Positions 13,689-25,600 of a stretch of 64,000 nucleotides of DNA are shown here, piece after piece (position 1 is the first letter of the stretch; each line of letters starts with the position of its first letter). The translations under genes were made by a program, and so were the position numbers. The DNA lies in assembly GCA_951406725.2 (NCBI GenBank), contig OX597815.1, positions 114,762,001 through 114,826,000 on the forward strand, read 5' to 3'. The stretch is from Octopus vulgaris (taxonomy: Eukaryota). The notes under the pieces were generated by a model. It was not told the origin of the DNA. It saw only the letters and a program-made list of their open reading frames with translations, and made no database searches.

Positions 13689-14427
13689 CATTAGGTAGAT
13701 GTACCATCTGATTGTTAAGTTTTAAATAACCAACAGTTTACAATCACTGGCTCATTATCAAGGTCATTCCCTATCTTTATCACTGCTCCAATCCTCTCTT
13801 TCTACAATTGTGTGTCTGACACTTTTATCCTTATCATTTTTTCCCTTCCAATGATTCAAGTTGACTACACTAAATCCCTAGTGCAAATGGTCTGAAAAAA
13901 AACTGTAAGGTATTACACCTCCACTCCAAATTAGGAAAGTGAATCCAAAGTAGGTAGTAAACAGTTGAAATAAGTGTTTTATGATTTGTAAGTTATTGCT
14001 TCATCATAATCATTAACATCAAGTGTTCAGATTAAATCAATAGGAGTCAATGTTGCTTTTATCCTTCAAGCAAGGATAGGGATCAATAAAACAAATGCCA
14101 GTAATATATTGAGTTGACTCTATTTCCTCCTATTAGAAAAAAAGAAAGGTGTTGGGGTTTGTGCCCAGTAGAAATAAGTTATTAACAACACTACATAATT
14201 AGAATAATTCTATTTTCTTACTGAAATGAATTTTGAAAGAATATGATACAAGCTGTTATTTCTTGTTCATATCAATTAATTTGGTAATTATAATACTTAC
14301 AAAATAGCTTAGATTTTGTCAACGGAAGTTAAGGAAAAAATATCACTCAGTACATTTAAAAATAAAAGTAATTAATTTTTTTGCATTCCCTTTTTTCCCT
14401 GTCATTTCTAAGTAAAAAAAATCAACT

Positions 14428-14601
14428 TCAAGCTTCCGAATCATCTACAGGCCCAATGTCTGTGACTGGTTGAACTGATGAGGCTGTTGAAGGTGCCTTC
14501 TCTGTAAAAACCAAATATTTCTCATCAGAGCTTAGCTTGGCTGGTTTGATTTCTTCTGGTGATTTATCTTGTAACTTACTGATGTTAGCAAGCAGAAGCT
14601 C
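14428..14601 (-). CDS. APPL1: APPL terminal coding exon
   Basis: ELLLANISKLQDKSPEE...SSDEKYLVF...PVDDSEA*. Confidence 0.92.
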   Translation of the reverse strand, partial: ELLLANISKLQDKSPEEIKPAKLSSDEKYLVFTEKAPSTASSVQPVTDIGPVDDSEA

Positions 14602-17600
14602 CTAGACAAATATAAAACAGTGACTCAGTTAGAGATAGTGGTGGGGAGGCATGAATATATTTAAAACCATACACACACACATTCAATCTTCTTCAGACAC
14701 ATTTTTGTGTTCAGGCAACATAGTCAAGTGGTTAGGGATAAGATTACAGCTTGTGAATTTATATACACTGTAGGAACAGTGTTCCTAAAAAGACAACTAA
14801 ATATACAAGCCTCAGTCATACATCTGTCTGAAAATAGATGCTAGAGCTTTTGTTGACAATACCTGTAACAGAATGGTGTTTCACTAAGAGGCAAATTCAC
14901 TTTACAAAGTCTGAACCTTTCTGGGCTAATTTGAGTTAAACAGGCATTTGTCACATGTGCAACTAACAAGTCAAGTACTGCATAGAGGTTTCTTTGTCAG
15001 CTCATTCCCTTGGCTGGTTGTAGATGAAAACACTATATTGTACACATAGCACACTCCAAATATATTCCATTAACATTTATACTAAAGCCAATAAAGGAAA
15101 ATTCAAGTGGCTTCATGGTAATCTCCCTTAAACTATACAGTACTAACTTTAATAAAAAGGGAAAGGACATAATCAATAGTCATAGATACACAATGTCCTA
15201 GAATTTAAAACTAAGTTTAAATATCACTCAACCTGCTAAAAGTAGCTGTCTACTTCCCTGAAATCACACACAGGTCAGTGATGTCCTTGATATACAATAA
15301 CATGGGACGGTTATACTCAATGATAACTGATTAGTTGCACCAATGTTGATGCATTCTGATTAGTTGCACCAATATTGTTCACCCATTCTGATTAGTTGAT
15401 GTTGATTCTTAGCTTTATAACCTCAGGCAAGATCATCAACATTCCATCCATGTCCATCCCTCTTTATATATATAAGCCAACACTGTCCAATTTTGCCCTC
15501 CCCACTGTTATTTTGAAGATAGTACAGAGTAATTTGAAGGAATTCAGCACCTATTTTCAAATGAATTTACAGAATGCTCCAGTTGTCAATTTGGGTTGGG
15601 TTGTATCAGCAGTAGCATGCTTCAGGTACCCATTCATAAGGTACTGTATTTATTCACATATAACACATACTTGTGTACAAAGGATATCCATAATTATAGG
15701 CAAAAATATATTCCTTGTGTATAATATGCACTAACTTTTCTTTCATATTATAATATATGGGGGAAAAAAAAAGGAGTGCTCAGTCAAATTTATTATAATT
15801 GCTATATAAAATACTGCAAAAACGTCCATGCCTTCTAATTAAAAGAAAAAGAAAATTCAAAAGAAACATTTGAATCTTACTAATGTATGTTGTGCACCTG
15901 CAGTAAAGTCAAGTGTGCAAACATGATTTTTCATGAGAAAATTGTATATTATGAATAAGTGTAGTCATACAAGAACACAATATTCACTGATTACATAACA
16001 TTCCTAACTTTGGTTCTCTTTCAAAGAGACAGAACTCTGCATCATTTATTGACTTACACATACACATAAATACTTAAATCTACTAATTAATATGTAAATT
16101 AATTTTATAACTTACTCTTTCTTCTGCCTTCCTATTTTCCATATTCTTCTGCTGTATAATAATAATAATAATAATAATAATAACAGTGGTGGTGGTGGTG
16201 ATGATGATGATGATGAGTATTATTTCTCGAATATTTGATACAGTTCAAATCTACACAAGTGAATGTATGAAAAACAAAATAGAAATTTTGATAGATACTT
16301 CTTTCAAAACTGGTAATTTCTGTTTTGTTTTCCACACATTCACTTGTGTATGTTGAACTATGTAAAACATTTGAGAAAGAAACCTAGCTGTTTCTTGTAA
16401 TAAATACATCTGAAGCAAAATTTTTTCATACACTCTTAAAATACTACATATTCTTACAAAACCAACAAAAACTATACAATTTTATAGTATCAAGAACTCC
16501 CTCATTGCCTTTTCTATACAATTATTATTTTGATATTAATGAAAACAATAAAAATCATTCATTAATAAAATAAAGATAGAAAATTATATTTACAACTACT
16601 AATAATGTAAACATATTTACTAAAATAGATTCTTGTTAAAAACTTAAGGTAAGTTTTCATGTAAATTAACACACCAAGATCTTATAAAACTACCTTGTTT
16701 CATGTCTTCTCTCTACCCTTACTTCCTTTTAGAAAACATGAAGTTCCTGCATATACTTCTTACTCCTTACTTATTACTTACTCAGATTATTTCCCCAAAA
16801 ATAAAATATCTTAAAGCATTTTGCCACCATCATTAGCACATGTGGTGTACAAGTTTCTACGTTTTCATATTTAGCGGCCATTTCCTTTAGATCTATTTGT
16901 AGATGAAACATATATCAGACACCAAGACTTCTCAGATTTTTTGTCTTCATGGGTAATTTGATTACCTTTACCAAAATCATGTCTGTCTTCTACACTCATA
17001 TCCAATCTAAATGTTTTGGTACCTGTAGTTTAATATTTCAAGTAAGGGACCAATAGTAGTGATATACAAGTCTATTATAATTCAATGGACTAAAGATCTT
17101 CTAACATCCAGTTAAATGTTTAGCATTTAAATATTCAGTTTTAAGAGTCAACCTGTAGTTGTAAGGCACAAATAAGGTTGCTCTTACTTTGAGATGTAAT
17201 TGGCAACAGTATATCCAAATTTTGGGTCACAGGAACAAGTAAAACTCAAAAGTCGTACTCCACATGTACACTCTACCCAAGCTTCTGGTCAGAAAGGACT
17301 ACCCTCCTAAAACGATCCCCACAACATGCATGTCACACTTGATGCCCTGGCAGACAAAGAGGCTGTTCAACCACTCTGCTTCTGGACAGGTTATCACTTC
17401 TCACTTCTGGTCCCATTGTCCCTTTTCCCTTGTTGCCTCTCTTCATTTCTCCACACAGCCTTTAATCCCTCCACAAAATAAATACTATGAATACAATCAA
17501 ATAATTTGAATAAAATCAAAAGGAGCATTTGTTACTGATTGAATGATTTTGCATGGGTTTTTTTTGTTTTTTTTTTACTTCCAACAAAATCATTCAATAA

Positions 17601-19251
17601 AACAAGTCCTGAATGAAAATCCATAAATAAAAAAGAAAAAAAAAACACAGGAACATATACCTTTTGGGTGTATTTGAAATCAAAACTAATGACTAAAATT
17701 CAACATGAAGTATCAGCCTAAGTGTCATGAAACAGTGTACTGTCACTGGTGTTTTGTTGCTAACTAATGGAGACAAAGTAACTTAACTGTAAAAGTTAAC
17801 ATACCACAGGTCATAAACACAGCACCAGTAATTAGATACAATTCTCTGATACTTGAAAGGCTAACACCTTTTTCAGTGGACCACTGAAAAATCTTGAATC
17901 AATCATTTGTTATTTTAATCTAATTTCATTCTTAATTTGTTTTATTCTGTATTTACTTAATATTAGAGTAATTTAAAAGGAAAATACTCATTTTATTGCC
18001 AGATAAGATTGTGAGTATACATTTCCAGGTAAGATTGTAAGTGTATACACTGAGCATGTACATGAGTGAGGAAAGAGGGTAGTAGGAAGACAACTATTCC
18101 AATGAATCAGTGCATTAATATTTTAAAAAATGAATAAAAGTTTAACTTACCATTAAAGTTTTAAATGCCATAGACGTTGCTTTACCAATACTTTGACAAA
18201 TCTACAATGAATAAATAATTTTTAAAGCCATAACAACTCTTATATACATGAGTAGGTGGAAGGTGTGTGTAAGAATTAAAATTATATCTAAGATTTTTTT
18301 TAAAACATAAAATTGATTTTTAAGACCACAATTTAATAATCAAATACTTTTTAATAATTAAATGCTTTTTATTATATTGACAAAAGATAGCAGAAAGATG
18401 AAAAGTAAATAAAGTTAACCCTATTGGGATCTGAATTCAGAACATATATGCTGCACTGAATTCTGATCAATACTCTATTGATTCTGAAAATTCTGTATTG
18501 TCATAACCATCTGTTTGAGTGACTTGCTCAGAGCAAGGCAACTCTTCCATGCCAGATGTCTTGATCAAGTGATGTTGCTTGAGCGTTTGGCTTGGGTTTT
18601 AGCCACACTGGTCTTTCACTAGCTGAAATGTCTAATTGAAGCATGCCAAAATCACAAATGATAACAATTGTTTGCTAACTGAACTGATTAACCCTGGCCA
18701 TTGACAGTTTGTCATCTGTCCATTATGGTAAATGGTAAATTATATGGTAAATGGACAATATGTCCAATTTTTGGCATATTTGGCATTAGAAATTTTTTTG
18801 TTTGCCCTTATTTATAAGTTGTTTGTAATTTAACCTTTAAAGGTATTTTTTAATATGCTGGCCATTGATGACATTTTTTTTCGAAAAAATTTTATCCTAC
18901 ATTAGATATAAATTTAATAGTGTTCACTTCCGGACTCTCCCACTCTGTGAGTGCCTCAGTTCAAATCGTACGTGTCTTGAATGGGCTGGAGTATTTCTAT
19001 TTTGGATTTATTTGGGGTACTTAGTTGTGCTCATGACTTAGTGTTTGCTTCTTCCATGGGTATGAGTAAGTATCTCATTTACTTCTTTGCCACATGTATC
19101 ACTGACGAAGGAAGGGTTCTTTTTGAACTAACCCTGAAATCGGTCCGATATGGTAATAATGGAATTTTTAGAGATTTCTGTCAACCTTTTTTCGAGTAGC
19201 GTGCGTACTGAGAAAATAATTATATGGTAAATGGACAATATGTCCAATTTT

Positions 19252-19286
<35 letters not shown>

Positions 19287-22200
19287 TTGAAGTATACAGT
19301 ATTATATTTCTATTATGGTTGATCTTACAAATCAGTTTTGCACTAGGGGTTCAATGGAGTATTAAGTAACAGCTCGATTGTGTAACTCTGCGCTCTTCAG
19401 AGATGGCAGTTATGAAATGAAATATGGCAACCTAACACTCTGTTGAACCAACTTGTAAGATCAGCTACAGTGGATATCCAATACTATACACTTCAGTTAA
19501 TATATAACATTTTGATAACATGAAGTGTATGAATGACAAGAGGTAGCAATCAGCAAAAACATTCAGATTTCTTGTAGCTGGCACTCCTCTGATGAAGAAA
19601 GTCAAAACAACTGCTCGTGTTTTATGTCAATTACAAACTGAAACATCTCAACATCAATGCTAGACACATATCTAACAAAACAAAAACAAAGTGAATAAGT
19701 CCATACTGGTTTGTCTCATGCTGAATGATCATGCACAGGGAACTATTGATAAAAGTAGCTGTTGCATATAAGATTGTGCTGATATTAGATTATGATATCT
19801 AATTTTAGCACAAAGGCCTCAAACCTTTGAGAAAAGAGCTATAATTAATTACATCAACTCAAATAGCTGATGTAACTATGAAAGAATACAAAGCAAAATT
19901 AACAGTAGCATGATGTGAACTTAAAACATAAAAGAATGCAGCAAGGTGTCTTGAGTGTGTGTTTTATTTTACTTACTTCCAAAACTGGTGTACTTGACTC
20001 AAAAACATGACATGTATAAGAAAGTGAACCCTCTTCTTTGTTGACAGTAATAAAACCAAGTAGTCTACAAGACACATGAAAATTAACATAAAAAATTATG
20101 CTTTATTCAGCAAAATAAATGTAACAAAGGGTGAAGAATAGTAGATATGTTCAGAGTTCCCTTTACATTATTTTTTTCATTTTCATTTAATTATATGAAT
20201 GGCAGTGTCCTTGACCCTTTTCCAGGACCTCCAAGGTTAGCAAGGGGAAAGAAGGAAGTTAACTTCAGATTGGAGACCTTGCCCAGATACATGACACACA
20301 GGGGTCACTTCTAAAAGTACTCAATGATCAGGTGAGGGTGTTTCAACGAGGAGACAAATTGAATCTACCATCCAAGAACAGGAATGATTCTTCTAACAAT
20401 TCCAGATAGTTTCCATCTCCCAAATTTCACTCACAAGACTTTCATTAACCCAAAGCTATGATAGAAGACACTTCCTCAAGATGCTGTGCAGTGGGATCAA
20501 TCCCCAAACTACAAGCAAAATTCTTAACCATGTGCCCACTCTTTAGAACCTGTTTGAAAATCTGTTATAATACTTAAAAGGGTTAATTGGTATGGTGTCT
20601 AGTCTAGTAATGCCAATTGCTGTAGAGTAGCAGACATGACTTCAATAATTATCAATTTCTGTTTATATCAATAATGACCCTTGGAAAATTCTGATCAGTA
20701 CAAATCTCAATTATCCTTCTTAACAAAATCTAAGGTAATACAAATAACCAGTCCAGATACAATGGCAAACTCATGGGAAGTCTCATCCAGTAACAAATAT
20801 GATTTTTTTGTTTAAATCATAACAACTAAATAAATGACTATAGAGTTAATTAACATAATCAAATGATATAAGTACTCTTACATTGTTATTTAACCCCAGA
20901 TTGGCTCTGACTGAGCAGACTTATCAAAAGTGTTCCAACTTTAACCATCTAGCCTTTCTATTGAGCATTGCATAGCTTGGACTATATAAATCTTGCTGAT
21001 ATTTGTAGCAACTCAAGTTATCACAAAAAGCTTTTATTGTTTTCAGTCAAAATACAGCTACAAATATATTATACACGTTCTTACTTTTTAAGACTGTGGA
21101 GGTTAATTTAATAGGAATTTGATTGCTATATCAAGTTTTTCAAGCAACACATGTCTCATCTCACAGCTGCTTTTACAAGATTGCAGTGTTAGATTTAAAT
21201 ATGTATGAAATATTCCTGCAATGGAAGCAAATCCAAAGAAAAGGATACTTGTCATTTTCCAAAATAGGATATAATCCACAACAAAAATGTATATAATCCA
21301 GAACACTACAACACGTTGGAAGAAGGAGCTTGTCTTAATAAATACTTAAAAAAATAAGGAGCTATGTCCTTTCTCAATAAACATCAAAACAAAAAAATGA
21401 CTAAAAGTTTGGCAAGTGAATGCCAGGAAGTTAAGTTGGTTTGAGTACTCACCTGTCATTTTCTTTATGTCCACACCAATATGAAATATCACCCAGTTTA
21501 AAAGCTGTGCGGACATTATTAGTAGCAGTATCCACTAATCTGAATTATGTAAAGAAACCAAAAATGTGTAAACATCAAAATATTTCAGAAATATATATTT
21601 ATTAAAATAAGTAAACAATAATTACACAATTATCATTATTTTATCAAAAAGAAGTTGCAGGGGGAAATTACCTAGGGATGCAAGTTGCATGAAGACCAAA
21701 CAGTGAAGTCAATGTTGGCATATTTAATGTAGAGAGCAAAAAAAAAAAAAAAATTTTTTTTAATTATACCTGTAGTGAAAAGAGAATCAATCATTAGCTT
21801 AATTAATTCTGATCAAGAAATGTGAGGGAGAATACTCATAAATCTTCTAATTTAATAATGAGCATAGTATTGTGTGCGTGTGCGTGTGCGTGTGTGTGTA
21901 TGTCAACATCATCAGTAACTTCTAGAAGGATGCCCTAACAAAGGCTAGGAGTCCTTCACTCCCAGTGGTTTAACCGCGCGATCGGGTATTCAGTCCGATT
22001 ATTTCTATGTCCCCGCGCATGATACACTCTAAAGACATTTATTGGATGGCCATTGACTATCAAAAGTTCCTCCGCCCTTTGATCATGGCTGCTGTTGCTT
22101 AGTGAGTGGGATTGACTCAGTGCACAGCCTTTCCTCACTTTAAAAAAAATCTTCTTGCACAGGCATTGCATGATAACAACATTGATTAAGCTTCGTGCAA

Positions 22201-22575
22201 TGGCCATACTCAATAACGAGGGGGCAGCCACCATGCATGTATGTATGTATGTATTTGTCCAAAATCATGCAGTAGGTGGGGTGAGAAAAAGAATAGGATA
22301 AGTGAAGGGAGAGGAGAGAAAATAGTAATTCAGTGAAGGAGAAGTAGTGAGAGTAAAAGCCATGACTGAGAGGGAGTGAGAGAAAGTAACAGCAATGAGA
22401 GAGAGAGGAAGTTGTAAACAGAGTGTCATGTCCACAAGTCATTGAGGAGGTGTGATATGAATGCAGTTTGGGAGTGTTTATATATATTTTTGTTATGTAT
22501 TTACACAAACACACAGATTTATATACACACACATACATATATATGTAGTTATGCATATATATATATATGTATATT

Positions 22576-22624
<49 letters not shown>

Positions 22625-25600
22625 GGAGGAATTATAACAAAGTTAACAATCAAATATGTATTCTTTATTCTACATAAGACCTTGGGAAAGGTTTTTCTTG
22701 AAATAAATATTAACAGGATTATCATTAAAAAAAAAGAAGTTAGTTAGAAACTGTTGATACAATCAAGTCTGACACATCCTACTACATTATATATGCCTGC
22801 AGAGGCTTCCCTATAAAATAGGCTTAGCGGACACTCAGAAGAATCATTTCACAGGTGAACTCTTTTGCTTACATTTCATGAAGATCATTTGGTGATAGAG
22901 CTTCACTAGAAACATGGTGTTGAAGCAATTACTAAGATAAAGGTTTTAATCTTTTAATTTTAATTTTATTTTCCATATCATTTTCATGCTATCATTTCTG
23001 ACAGCATGGGAACACAAGTTTAGAATAACTGAAATTGAATATGGACATACAGTGGTGAATGAGTTTGTCCCCTGGCAGTTTAGTGACAACTCTAGACATG
23101 TTTAAGCATTATTAGATTTCCTCTGTGAAGCATAGTCTTTAAATCAACTTACCACATCATATGAAGTCTTAGAGTTATAATGAGTTGGCCTGAATAAACA
23201 CTGGTTATAGTTTAAAGAATAAGTTGGGTAAATTTCTTAGGGACACCGTCTACATGAAAAATAGTTAGGCCAACATTTAGCTTGGCCATATCTTGATCTA
23301 TTTCAGTATACACTACATAGCCAAATAATCCACGAGATAAAGAGTATTTGCTCATTTTTATGTCTGTTTTATAAATAAGGGATCTCTTATTCCACAAGGC
23401 TTCAAACGTTTGAATGGAACAGATGATTTGTTTACAAGAAACCTGACAACAAGCAACACCATTTGTTGCAATTTTTGTACAAGTGATTGGAGATGTAAAA
23501 AAACTCAGAGACATAGGGCACACAAACACACACACAATTGACTTCTTTTACAGTTTCCATCTACCAAATTCACACAAAAGGCTTTGCATTACTAAGAAAT
23601 ATAGGAGAAGATACTTGTTCAAAATGCCACATAGTGGGACTGAACTTGAAACCATATGGTCAGGAAGTGAACTTCACAACCCATAGCCATGCTTGCACCC
23701 ATAGATCTGTAAATAAAAATGGCATGTTCTTTTCACCAACCATGTTCTTTCCATAAAAAATGTGGAGGCTGTGAATTTAAGCTTGAGATCGAAATGGTTT
23801 GATGAGCCTACCCTGCCATACTGGCTCGACATGGCTTAGCAGAGAGGTGAAGTTTTTATACTCATACCCAGGCGTAGTTAAGTTGATTACATTGACCCCA
23901 GTACTTAACAGGTACTTATTTTATCGACCCCGAAAATGTGAAAGGTAAAACTGAACAAGGTGGAATTTGAATATAGAACATAGGGACAGATAAAATACCA
24001 CTAAGCATTTCATCCGGCATGCTAGTGATTCTGTCAGCTCAACACCTAAATGTTGATTAAATGAACTATAGCCTAACCTCATTATCTTATATCCTAATCT
24101 CAAAACTGATAAAAAGGTATTGAGCCATAGCTGAAGAGAACAATATAATTTATTATTGCAGCTATATAAATAAAGTTGGATAGGTTAAGACAGGGAGGTG
24201 GTGGAAAAGGAGAAAGAAGCTTCTAGTTCCTTTTTGGCATATAAAATCAGATACTAAAAAGACCACAACTTAAAGTGACATCAGATCCTGATAATAAAAT
24301 AAACAATATGATTAATGTCATGTGTTAAAATTTTCAGTATGTTGGATATGTGATTTGTTCACCAAAGTTCAATCAGTTATCACTGTAATATAGGACTGCT
24401 TGGCCAGGTCTAGACATAGCTACATAATAAACTTTCAATCACTGACAGTTTCCAATTATTGATTGCAAGTCAGTGAGAGTCTCTAAATGTTTGTATGATC
24501 TGTTACAAATAGCAGCCAAATCTCCCTCAAGTTACACCCATCTGTCTTAGAAAAGAGCTTATTGGATAACGTGATCCTAGGTGCCCTGCACATAAGAAAT
24601 AGAATCATTATGGTTAGAATGTCTTTAATCATAAGCCTGCTCAATCACAGCCAACATGCAGCTAAACAACAAGAACAACCAGACATTCACTTTTCAAGTT
24701 GTGTCTTTGCTTTGACCCTTCTCCCATATCAACAATGATCTCTGTTCTTCTGAAACAAACTGGATACTTCAGAGTACTGTCCCTTCTCATGTTAAATAAC
24801 AAAATGGAATAACTACAATCACCTAATTTCTATAATTACCTCAGAGATGTGTCAGATATTATCAATTCAGATTCTGTCATTCTCAGAACATTATGTATTG
24901 CGCGAGCTGCCATTATGTGACGCATTGTCTTGTTCACAAGGGCTTCACCTGAAAAGAGACATTTATATTTAGAGATAATTACAGTTTTGATGAGAAGATG
25001 GAGATAAAAACCTAAAATATAAAAGGTAACTGAGTATGTCTACAAAATAATCTATGAGTAACAGACCTGATTTGTAAGAGTAAGGTTCCAGCCAAGATCA
25101 CAAAAAGGTGGAAAGGTATGATAGATAAAGCTATAAAAGCTAAGAGAGAGACCTGGAGACAATGGAAGAATTGTGGGAGAAAACATTATCATGTGGTTAG
25201 AAGAAAAGCTAAATATCAGGTATATTTAGCAGAGAGAAGTTAAAGAAAAGAGGCTTACCAATGTTCAGTGAGGTCAGAGGTATGAAATGTTCCAGATTGT
25301 AAAGAAGTGTACAAGTAGGAATCATAACATTATTGCTGAAAAGTGTATGTGTAATGATAATTGCACTTGCCTTAAGGGATGCTGAGAAAGAAGTGTGTAA
25401 CTGCTGCTAAAAGTGATTGCTGAATGAGAATTTGTGAGAAAAGAGGGACTACCTCAAGTTGAATAACAAAGGGACTACCTATTGAAATCAATGGTTATAT
25501 GGTCAAAATGGTCATTAAGATTATGAAGACATGGAAAGCAGATTGAAAATCAAGAATATTTACTGGGTTGCCGAAAATATCTGATAAAGTAGGACATGTG

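Noticed and set aside
15326-15400. Three copies of ctgattagttg(caccaat) at about 30-bp spacing
   Set aside because: Short local slippage duplication with nothing further to support a function.
19585-19620. CTGATGAAGAAAGTCAAAAC hammerhead-like string
   Set aside because: GAAA is missing, stem II is 2 bp and there is no clear stem I.
23795-23862. TTGATGA-GCCT..AGGT-GAAG hairpin resembling a hammerhead
   Set aside because: Both core segments are mutated and there is no stem I or III.
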